Both the position numbers and the translations under genes were made by a program. The notes under the pieces are model-generated. The model had not been told where the DNA came from and ran no database searches. It worked only from the letters and a program-made list of their open reading frames with translations. Shown here piece by piece: positions 38,501 to 50,185 of a DNA stretch of 64,000 nucleotides (position 1 is the stretch's first letter; each line of letters opens with the position of its first letter). This DNA comes from Gordius albopunctatus (taxonomy: Eukaryota), in the NCBI GenBank assembly GCA_964276515.1, contig OZ193909.1, positions 13,268,001-13,332,000 of the forward strand. The letters are read 5' to 3'.

Positions 38501-38913
38501 CACATACTTTACACATGTTCAGTCAGTATTAAGGTATTAAGATGTCCTGTTTTTCAACTCGTCGGTGTTAACATGGCTAGATTATGTTAAAGGCGGACCT
38601 TAAAGTCATCTGCAACAATATATTAGATAAGAATTTGATGAAGATCTTGGGGGTACTTGCATGCAGCGTTGTAATATGGTGTTCACAAAGTTTTCAAAGA
38701 ATTTAGATGTATTATATATATATCCATAATTTTTGTTGCACAAAATGTAGGTTAGATTTAAAGTTAATTGTGCACAGGACCCAATTTATTTTTTAATTAT
38801 TGGAATTTAATTAAAATAATTATTTCTATGTAAGGAGAAAGGGATTGGAAAGAGCGCGAAATATAATCATTTGGTAAAGTTGCGTGGGGTAATCGCGCGT
38901 TGGATACCACATT

Positions 38914-39620
38914 CAGTAGCGCAGGAAAGGGGGGTTTCAATGGACAAAAAACTGATTTTTTCCAAATTATACCGAAAAATTCAATGTTATTAATAGGAGT
39001 CTTGTTAATGTTGCGCATATGAAAATTCATAAATAATCTTAATTAATTTCATATTTAATTTTTGATAAAATCCGTATTTGCTCAACTGATCTAACACTCA
39101 CGGAATCTAAAATTTGCAAATAATGCTTATAACTAATTAATTTTATATTTAATCATGTTAAAAACGCTTTAAAAGGTTGCAAAAACATATATTAAGCATA
39201 TAATATATGAAGATTAACTTTTTATTGCTGCATATATATTTTCTTTCATATTAAGCATATAATATATGAAGTTCAAATTTTTTATTGATGCCTATATATT
39301 TTCTTTCATAGGTTAGATTAAATGCTTTATAATAAGTTAATATGCATTTACAATACTTTATATTGTTTTATATAATAGATATACTTATATAATAATGTTC
39401 AAATTACAATTTTTGTGCAGTAGATGAATTGTGCGTTAGACGAGTTGAGTATAAATCATAAAATCTACTAATTGTAATTCTAACACTACTTATACAAATA
39501 TTTTCTGTCCCGGGAGCGTGTTTTCTAATAGGAAGAAGTTTAATTCTTAACTAGAGAAGAGTATAATAAAAAACGGATGTTATTTAAATGCACAGTAATA
39601 AATTAAAAAATGCTCAGTAA
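38914..39620 (+). repeat. Dispersed repeat (hAT-like non-autonomous element, partial) with an internal ~60-bp tandem duplication
   Basis: Starts cagtagcgcagg; similar to 8558-9030; unit atattaagcatataatatatgaag...ttttctttc is duplicated at about 39189-39310. Confidence 0.7.
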
Positions 39621-39659
39621 AGTGTGCTCACTACTCTACCCTTACCCAACCCTTGCTGG

Positions 39660-42600
39660 CAAACTTGGATACGTGATTGAATGCCTCCCATAAGAAGTCA
39701 CAATAGAGATCCAAGATTACTTGAAAAATCTACCGTCTGAGGCTCCGTACACCAGCATCCGGTCAGCTATCATCGACCGCACAACAAAATCGAACTCACC
39801 ACGATTCCACGACTTACTGTCCAACGTGCAATTGGGTGATCGTACACCCTCACAACTCTATAGACACATGAAAAGCCTCCTGGGTACCGCCAAAATTGAC
39901 GACATCATTTTAAAACAATTGTGGTTGGAAAAATGGACAAGAACATGGCTAGCATCTTGGCAATCCGCGGAAGTAACCAGACTTTAGTCAAGCTAGCTCA
40001 AACAGCTAATAAAATCGCAGAAACGTACCATACGCCGCAAATATCCAACGTCGCCCCTGCCACACAGAGATCAAGCAATGGTATTGAGACGCTCAGAGAC
40101 ATGGTCAATAGACTGAGCGTGAGCATCGAGACATTACGGCAAGAGGTCAGTCAAAAAAATCGTTTTCAGTCGAGAGGTAGGTCTACATCAAGGCGATTTC
40201 GATCCCCGTTTCAACCCCGCGCAGACGTTCCTCAGGATTGTTGTTGGTATCACCAAAGATATAAGGAAAAAGCCAAAATGCGACAGCCTTGCAATTATAC
40301 CCCGCTTTCCTTGTCAAACCCATAGGCCTTCCAGAATCCGCTGGACATGGTTCAGGCCAAAACATCAGTCGCTTATTTTTTATTTACAATAAATCAACCA
40401 AATTTCGTTTTTTAATAGATACCGGCGCGAAACTCAGTGTCATACCGCCCCCACGTAACCACCGTCTCACCCCCTCACACATCCTCCTCCAAGCTGCAGA
40501 TAATAGTTCCATACTGACCTATGGCCAGAAATCAATGGAACTGGACCTTAGCTTACGGAGAAGTTTTCAATGGGTTTTTACCATCGCCGACGTTAAGACA
40601 CCTATCATCGGGGCTGATTTTTTAAACAATTATAACCTTCTCTTTGATATACGGCGTAAATGTTTGTTAGACCCTAAGACTACTTTAAAGCCCTATGGGC
40701 GATATATTGACTCGAACTTGTATATTTTACAACTCGCAATAAAGATCGATTCACCGTATTTAAAAATGTGTTGAAAGAGTTCACCCAGATTTATGCCCTC
40801 AAAATTATAGCTCACGCGTAAGCCACCAAGTAGTCCACCACATTCGTACACTAGGACCACCCGTTTATGCCAGACCTAGACGCTTAGACCCTGTCAAACT
40901 AAAAATTGCCAAACATGAGTTTGCTCACATGCTCAAAATCGGCATAATTCAACCCTCAGAAAGCTCCTGGAGTTCTCCATTGCACATGGTTCCAAAAAAA
41001 CTCCCGGAGATTGGCGACTGTGTGGAGATGGAGATTACCGAACCCTTAACGTTATAACAATACCGGATCGTTACCCCTTGCAACACCTGCACGATTTCTC
41101 ACTCAACCTAGCCGGAACAACCATCTATACAAAAATAGATCTAGTCAGGGCTTACCATCAAATACCCGTAGCCTTGGAAGACATCGCAAAGACTGCAATA
41201 ACCCCACCTTTCGGTCTTTATGAATTTTTGCGAATGCCTTTTGGTTTACGAAATGCTGCTCAAACATTCCAACGCTTCATTGACCAAGCTCTCCGTCGTC
41301 TCAATTTCGCCTTCGCATATTTGGACGATATTTTTATCGCAATTACATCAACTAGTGAACATTTAGACCACTTACGTCAGGTTTTTACACGATTAAGAGA
41401 TTTTGATATAAAGATCAATCTGGACAAGTGCCAATGGGGATGTTCTTCTCTGGATTTCTTAGGACATCAAGTTTCGCAACAAGGTTTAACGCCAATACCG
41501 GAGAAGATTTCAGCCATCAAGAATTTCGCCACCCCGACCACTATGACACAACCACGCCGTTTCGTGTGAATGTTAAATTTTTACAGCCGTTTTATACCCA
41601 ACTGTGCACTCCTACAACCACTGACGAATCTCCTCAACGACGCAAAAGGACTTTTGGACATGACACAGGGCTCACACGACGCATTCCACAAAATTAAAAT
41701 AATGCTCGATGAAATCTTGACCCTTAATAATTTAGTGGATGGTGCCAACATTTCTATTACAACCGACGCGTCAAACTCTGCCATTGGAGCCGTTTTACAT
41801 CAGATCGTAAAAGGGAAAATTAGTCCATTACACAAACTCGATACAGTAACTTCGGGAGAGAACTGCTAGCAATTTATCTTTCAATTAAATATTACCGACA
41901 TATTTTAGAAGGTAGCAATTTTACAATTTTTACTGATGACAAACCGTTAACCTACGCTCTCACTTCTAAATCCGATAAATACTCGCCGCGCGAAATACGA
42001 CAATTAGACTATATCTCCCAATTTACTTCAGATATACAGTTTATTAAAGGTAAAGCGAATATAGTAGTAGACACTTTGTCCCAATTCGATATCGATTCCC
42101 TACAACAACCAAACTCCATCCAACAACCAAACACATCACTCACAAAAAGAATTGCTATGACACAAAAACAAGAGCAATATCAACTATAAGAGCTAGAAAG
42201 CCTTAAACTGGAACAACGCTTAATTCCAGCTACAAATTTAACTATTACGTGCGATACATCTACATCGCCTTCGAAACCTTTAATACCTAGGACGCTACGA
42301 CGCATAGTTTTTAATCAACTACCTGGTCTTTCTCATCCAGCCTTACGCCTAACACTTAAACTAATCGTCCAACGTTTCGTCTGGCCAGGATTGAACAAAG
42401 ATGTACGCGATTGGACAAAGCAATGCATTGCATGTCAAAAATTCAAGGTAAATAGACACGTAATATCAACCCCAGGCACATTCGCTGAACCAAACGCAAG
42501 GTTTAGCTACGTACATGTAGATCTCGTCGGACCCTTACAACCTTCTAACGGCCACATTTACATTTTTACTGCCGTTGATCGTTTCACCCGATGGCCGATT

Positions 42601-44580
42601 GCAATTCCCATTATTGACGCAACAGCCGAAACCGTTGCACTCACATTTTTGACATACTGGATAGCCAACTTTGGTGTTCCAGCTACATTAAACACGGACC
42701 GGGGACCGCAATTCCAATCAACCCTTTTTAAACAATTATCTATTTTACTATACGACTGCTTACCATCCACAAGCCAATGGGATGATAGAGCGATTTCACC
42801 GACAGCTCAAAGGTGCGATTTTGACAAAAGGTGACGTTACTCGTTGGTCCGACCTAATTAACCTTGTACTCCTAGGGATTCACAACACCGTCAAGGAAGA
42901 CCTCGCCTGTTCAAGCGCTGAGCTGGTATACGGTACTTCTTTACGACTCCGAGGAGATTTTTTACAACCGTCGGATTGTGACATAAACGCCGCCGAATAT
43001 ATCCAACGCCTTAGAAAGCAGTTCGATGATGTACAATTTACACCTTCCAGACCATCAAACATCAAACAACAAATGTTCGAAAATTTATTTACATCAACTC
43101 ATGTTTTTATAAGGACTGATCGGCTACGCAAAGCCTTGGTTCCCCCTTATGAAGGACCTTTCAAAGTGATTGAAAAACACTAAATTTTTTTCATAGACCA
43201 CAATGGGAGAAAAGACACTGTCACGATTGATCGATTAAAGCCAGCTTTCCTCGAGCCTAAGGTTGATAACCCGAATTCAACAGCTGACCCAAATTCACCC
43301 AAACCAAACAATCACTCACCGATAGTGATGCGGAAAAACCGAGAAAAATCTCGGTCTCGTCGAGATTTTGAAAAATTGAGTCGAGATCGAGACGAGAATT
43401 TTGACCTCGAGACGATACGAGACGAGATTTTATCGGTGAGATCTCGACTTTAATTTTTATCTATTAAGTCTTTATTTAGCTAATTAAGAATTTTTATTTT
43501 TTGAGATTTAAATTAAAGGTATTAAATGCAAATTAATATCATTTTGAAACTTTTGATAGTACATTACTTACGCACCTATTTATCCGCTTCGCACAAATTT
43601 CAAATTTGTAATATAATCTTAATAGACAACATAGTGTTAGTAGCCCTTAGGGTATTTGAGTATTAATTAAATATTTGTTACTTATTTGTATACCATATAT
43701 ATAATATAAATTTATTTAGACCTATAATGAGTTTATGCGCAACAAGTTCATCATCCAACATAAAAAAAAGCAAGCTGCTCTAACATTTCACAGTATCCAG
43801 GATGAATTAAATAAAATGAGGAAGTGTAAATTGTGCTTTAAAGAAAATTTTATGTTTTGAAGTTAAATGTGTGCAATTAACGTTAGATCTTAAAACTTTT
43901 ATGTTCTTCTGACAAAAATGCCTATTTTATTGTATTTACATTGCCCAGATAATTACTTGTTATAAATAGTGATATCTTTAAAGGTTTACTCTCTCATTTT
44001 TTCACTATTTTATCGTTATTAAGTAAGATCTGAATAAATTTATTATGTCAAAATATGATGATACTATTTAACTTTATCCTTTTATTGAGCCTTAGCCAGG
44101 AAATAAAAGTTATTGTTTAGCAACTTTATACCTTCGAGGCAAGTAGTATATAACACCTCTAATAATGCTTCCTACCTTAAGATACCCATCTAGCTTGTGT
44201 TTTGGGGTTAGAGATAAATATTTGGTTCCATTATGACCCATTTATATCTTATATAATAATTTATAAGAGAGAGAAAAAAATATTTGATATAATTTTTAAA
44301 AGTCGAGACGAGACGAGAATTCTCGTCGAGACGAGATTGTTCTAGGCCGAGACGAGATCGAGATTTTAATAATCGCACCCGAGACGAGACGAGATCGCAA
44401 CACTACTCACCGACCCATAATTTAAACCGACCTACCATTGTTTCTTCTACAAAACCTTCCACAAAACCTAGCTTACCACTTCCCAACCCAACCATTACCA
44501 AGTCTGGTCGACAAGTTCATTGGCCCAAAAAATTTGTTAATTTTATATGAACTCCGTTTTTACCCAGCGGAATATTTGTT
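39660..44580 (+). mobile_element. Gypsy LTR retrotransposon, CsRn1/Kabuki-like clade, 5'-truncated and degenerate
   Basis: gag LGDRTPSQL and CHCC-type knuckle CWYH...QPC, protease FLIDTGA, RT YLDD, RNase H TDAS, integrase HVDLVGP / TDRGPQF / ERFHRQLK, YEGPF, C-terminal TKSGRQVHWPKK; frameshifts and stops; no matching LTR pair seen. Confidence 0.93.
43323..44405. mobile_element. Non-autonomous hAT element inserted in the integrase tail of the Gypsy
   Basis: TIRs tagtgatgcg / cgcaacacta, perfect 8-bp TSD ctcaccga (43315-43322, 44406-44413), subterminal GAGACGA repeats, AT-rich non-coding interior. Confidence 0.92.
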
Positions 44581-47500
44581 GCGTACATTACCTTAATTGA
44601 TTGCTCGCGGCATATTACTTAGGTATACTTTGGAACTTAATTGACTCGAAAAAGTACACAATAGCGCTATCGATCCTATATGCAAAGAATTGGGTGTTAG
44701 ACTAAAGGCGTGAGTGAACGTTATAAAAAAATATATATTAGGGGAATAATAGGCAGAATTTAGATTGTATCTATTTTTCAAAAGGTCCTATATTTTTTTA
44801 TTTACTATTTGTGACATGCAATCCTCATTAAATTAAAGGACTTTGATCTATAATTACGTATAATAACATTACTCCTCTAACCATGTCTAGGATAAACCTA
44901 CATAATAAGCTATGTATATTTAAACTGTAACTAGAGCTATTTGATGAGCCAGCTATCCCTTGTTGTGAAAAATTGATTAACAGCTATTATGTAACTATAT
45001 CATAAGATAAGTATGTACTGTACATTTGCATAAATAATTGTAAATAAAAATAGAAAAAAAATAAACCAGTAAGGATGGCGCGGGATTCGATCCGGTCAAA
45101 ATAAAAGAATTTTTTATTGTAGGAAATTAAAATAAAAATTATATTGCATGGCTTAGCAATCAATAAGTAAAAATTAATATTTGCATGGCTTAGCAATCAA
45201 ACAAATAAATTTACAATAGTCATGTATATTATAGAGATGAAGTATCGAGAATGGGTATATTTTTTGTGTGGGTTCCTAAACTGAAATTCGTTTGTTTTAG
45301 GCAATGATTATTTATTTCCTTTCTTTTGTTCATAAGTCAGGGGCGAACTCTGAAATTCAGACAGTGCGCCATGATTGGTTGTATACCTCAGGATAGTAGA
45401 CGCTAGGTGGGGGAGGGGGGAAAGGGAGAAGAAAAAATATTATATAAATTAAAAGTCATAACCTAGACGCAAGCTCTTAAGTTCTATAAGACAGTTCGCA
45501 TTAACTGCACTCTTTAGAAGGGAGGGGCAGGGCGAGGTAAACTTAGAGTTATAAAATTCCAAATTATTCGTAAAATCCATATTATGGTTCAAAAATAAAT
45601 AATAAAGTGGGGGAGGGGAGGGGGGAGAGAAATAGAAGGTAAAAACACTTAACTAGTCTCAAGGCTAAATTTAGCTTGTGCTAAATCAGTTTATTTGATT
45701 CTTGGCTGGCCCTTGTCAAGGAAGACGCCGGCCATTCATGGTAGTAGGAGTAGGCGTCTGCTTCCGGAGCAGATTAGAAATATATAGTTGCACTATTTTT
45801 AGATACTGGATACCAATAGTTTTTGTGTTACAAGGGATCGAGGCTGGGTGGGAGGTCTCCCAACATAACGTGGAGGGAGAAAAAATAATTGAAAGAGCGT
45901 AATGGAACAGATATAAAACACACAAATAATGTATATAAATAGAAATAAGCTTTACTTATATGGCTGTTTAAAAACTTAATTTATGGTTTAGGCGGAAAAA
46001 TAGTGAAATAGTTACCCTAAAATGGACTAAAATATAATAAAACAATTGATTCTCAATTTCGGTGCATTTTATAAACAAGGGGAAAAAATGGGACCGCATA
46101 TATCTTTTTTAAATCTTTGTTACTCTCCAAACAAGACTCAATTGATAATTTTAGAGATTTAACTAATTTTGAGGAATAAAAATCAATAATATTATTTAAC
46201 GTCTATTTGATTATTCATAAATAAGAAGGTAAAAAACATAAAATTATTGCCTTAAAACAATCTTTATTTTTGCATAAGGTATAGCGAAAAATGGTTTGTA
46301 TTAATAATTGTGAGAAGTTATTTCAAATGATTGAATTCTTATGCGGGAATTTCTAAAAATGAATCATTCTTACAATTAAATTGAGTGAAACAGTTTGGGT
46401 TTGTTAATACTCTCTAATAAATTAAATAAAGGTTTTTAAAGAGCAAACTCACAAAAAATAAAAATTTAAATAATAAAAGAAAGATTTCAAATTGTTTTGA
46501 GGATAAAATACTAACATTTGAATTACATAAATATTATATTAAGCCTATTAAAATGTTATATTTAAAAAATTTTAAGCTCCAAAATTGATTAAATCTGATC
46601 AAAAAATTAATTATAATTGATTTTTATATATTAATTGCAAATAAATTAAATATAAAATTTTAAATATGGTGAAAAAGCTAGAAATATATAGACAGAAGAA
46701 AAGAATATGATAATTTAATGGTTATTTAAAATAAATAAATTAAAAAAACAAATAAAAAGGAAAAGGCTTGCCTAGCACTTTATTTAAAATTGACAAATAA
46801 TTTGCAAACTAGTGTTTTTAAAAAAACATACTAAGAGATGTTGAGAGGCACATATCAAATCTTTGAAAAATGACTGATTTCTAGATTGCAAAAACTTGTA
46901 TAAAGGTGGTCAAAAAAACACATGTTCTTTGACATTCTATATATTGTAAATTCACTTAAGCTTTTAGAAAATAGGTAGTTAAAGAAATAATAAACTTATG
47001 ATCAATACATTTCATATAACTATTATAAATATCAAATTAGTTAGTTTAATTTAAGATGATTAAGGAATACCCTCCTCCATTTAAGTAGCAAATGCATGGA
47101 AATTCAAATATTTCTTATATTAATCATGCATAATTTATTGTTACATAAGAGCATGCTGGTAGAAATCTTCTTCGGGATATAATTTATATTCCCTCTCTTG
47201 ATAAATGTATTAGCCTCGTTTGGTTGTACATCTGTCCTTACCTAAAAAATTTTTTTTAGAATTTACTTCGACTAGCTTTCATTCCATCCATTCGTGAAGG
47301 GCCATGGGTACACCTACCATTTATTTTAGTAAACGCAACCATTTTCAAAAATGCGTTTCTTATAATTACCATTAAGAACAACTTCCCATTGGTGGCTGTA
47401 GTTGCTCAATTTATTTCACTGCAAGAAACAGCTGTACGCCAACTATTGTTTTTTATTAGTCTTCTTAGGGTATAAATAATAATAAGGATTAGCTTCACAT

Positions 47501-47666
47501 TTGACCACATCTATAATTATCAACTAACTTATATCGTGGCTTTTTAAATTATTTAAGGATTAGGATAAGCTGCAAATATGTGTTCTATTTATTTTATAAA
47601 TTTAAGGCGTGGGCTAAAACGCTCAACGTAAATCATTATAATTTTGACCTTTTGACTTAAAACTCT

Positions 47667-48254
47667 ATGGATGATGAAAAGATTTTAAACTTTATATTTC
47701 CATTTTTAAATAATCCTATAAAAGAAGTCAATAACGATAATATTGATAAAGGTAAATATCTTTTTTTAACATTAATCTGACATGTTTAGCACAGGCCAAA
47801 ATCTTAGAAATTGAAGCTGTGGCATTAGCTGAAAACAAAGATTATGATAATGCCATAAATAAAATTGATGAAGCTATTTCCCTTTCGCCTACTAATGCTT
47901 CACTTTATAATAATCGAGCTCAAATTAGACAACTCCAGGATAAAATTTATGGTATTATCAACAAAATTTAAATATATTACATTATTTGAAGAGGCCCTCC
48001 AAGATTTAAACACTGCTATTAAATATTTGTGTGATGACTGTCCAAGTGTTGCTTCTCAAATATATTGTCAAAGAGGGGTTATATATCAAAGTCTTAAAGA
48101 TATACCTAAAGCTAAGCAAGATTTTGAAAAGGCTGCAGAATTTGGCAATTATTTTGCCCGTGAACAACTGACGCAATTAAATCCATATTCAGCTATGTGC
48201 AATCAAATGATGCAACAAATAGTCATCAAAACTTATTTTTCACACACTAAATAG
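47667..48254 (+). CDS. TTC36: Tetratricopeptide repeat protein 36
   Basis: Exons 47667-47751, 47790-47951, 47992-48254 (510 nt, 169 aa). LEIEAVALAE, ASLYNNRAQ, EALQDLNTAI, QIYCQRG, AKQDFEKAAEFGNYFAREQLTQLNPYSAMCNQM match recalled TTC36 blocks. Confidence 0.92.
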
Positions 48255-50185
48255 TTTTTTTTATAAATATTTATTTATATGTGTGAATTTTTGCAATCCT
48301 GATACTTTATACATAATATATTTCTCCTAAATGAGTTTATATATTGGAGCACATATGAAAAGTCTATTTTTAACAAAACATTATTTATCTACCTTGAACA
48401 AGTTACTAACTTATTTCCATAAATTCTATAAAAACAGGGTATCAAAAGTTCTTTTCTAACTTCAATTAAAATTATATGTTATTATTAATAACTATTTTAT
48501 CAACTATAATTTGTATTTAAAAATATTAGTGGTTTTATTCTTTAGTACACATTGTAATCAGTGGGATTGTTTATGCCTCATGCTTATTTCTACCTCTAAC
48601 CTCTTGCATTCATTATAGTTTATATGGCTGCAGAGTGCGCCCCTAAAATTATTAATATGGGTTAGCGGTATTAATTTATGGATTTAAATATCCTTATTGT
48701 TATCTTAATAAGAATATTTAACAGTGATAGCTTATAATTTTGGAACTTTGAGATTTTAATAGCTCTTATTTAGTATTTCTATAAAAATTGGCAATATTTA
48801 ATAAAAACATGCTTATACTTCCAGTTAAGGACAATTTGTGGACTTAAGCTTTGTGAGTTTATAAGTTGTGGATTAAAGTTTGGTTATAACATATAGAGGG
48901 CAAAATGATTAACAAAATTTAACCCAAGTATTTTCATTAAAATTTAGGGGAATGAATTTTATATTTTTCCAGTGTTGGATATATATTTTTGTTAAAACAT
49001 TTGTGTATATAGGATAATAAAATTAAATTATTTTCTTGGGGATTTCAAACCTCTTTTGGCATATAATTTTGATCATGCTAAAAATAAATGAAAACTTTTT
49101 TTTACAATTTTTTTATTTAAATTAAAAACAAAAATCTGAAAAATGTGGCGTTTTCTGTTTTCATTATATTTTGATCTGTTTCATATATAGGCAACTGAAA
49201 TCAATGGAAGAATAATATTTACTCAAATAATCAATGCATTATATAATCTAGGGGGTTTTCTTAAAGGTCTTCAGACAGACCCCAAATATAGGAGCCACTT
49301 TCCTACCGTTTTTTTATCCAATGAGACCATTAATAAAACCACATAGAAATAATATAATTAAAAAAATTGATTCTTATCTTTAAACCTTTTCCCTTATTTA
49401 ACGTTTCTTCATTTTAATTGTTAAAAAATGGTAATAAAACAAAAGAGCTACACTTGACCCGCTACAGTAGCCCTGTCTGCTAAAATTATATTTTATTGCA
49501 AAAAATAAAAGTTATCATTAAATAGTATTAATAAATCGAAAGTTTTTTTGTGAATAATATAAAACCAAAATTAGCTTAAAAATGATAAACCCAAAATTAG
49601 TTTTGCCTGAAAAAATATCAAATAATACGCACTCTTATAAATATTTTGGTCTATTTATTTTTCACTATTTTTTAACAACATTTTTTCTCTTACTTTATCC
49701 TACACTTATGTTTTAAAAATTAATATTTTATTGTCATTTGTATTGAAAATAATTTCAGAAGAGTCACATCTACTTTTGGTTCATAAATATTAATTTGGAT
49801 AACTACACATTTTATGTTTAAATAAATTAGTAAAATTTTAAAAATATCAAGAAGCTTTTTTTATATCCAAATATCTCGCTTATGGTTATTTTTTATCAGT
49901 GTTTAGAAGGGTGAAGCTTAATTTTTAATATTTTATTTCTGCTCCTTAAATGAGTCTAATGCTCTTTTTATCTTTTGGTCATCAAGGATTTTTTTCATTT
50001 TGATTATATTTATCATCATTTTAAAACATGAGACTTTTTCAGCTTTAGATATTTATTTAATTTTCCTATAAATCCAAATCAATACATACAAAAATTAGAG
50101 AAATAATTAGGTTTAAGGTGAAATTTATCTATTAGCTCTCATTTCTAGCCACGGTAAATTGAAGTATAATGACAATTATATACTA

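Noticed and set aside
45702..45925. Overlapping 66-69 aa ORFs on both strands
   Set aside because: No recognisable domain or splice structure; probably retroelement debris.
47050..47520. Minus-strand frame with an in-frame TGA divergent from TTC36 (possible selenoprotein or small gene)
   Set aside because: All frames have several stops, no CxxU-type motif or SECIS was identified, and candidate splice models gave no recognisable protein.
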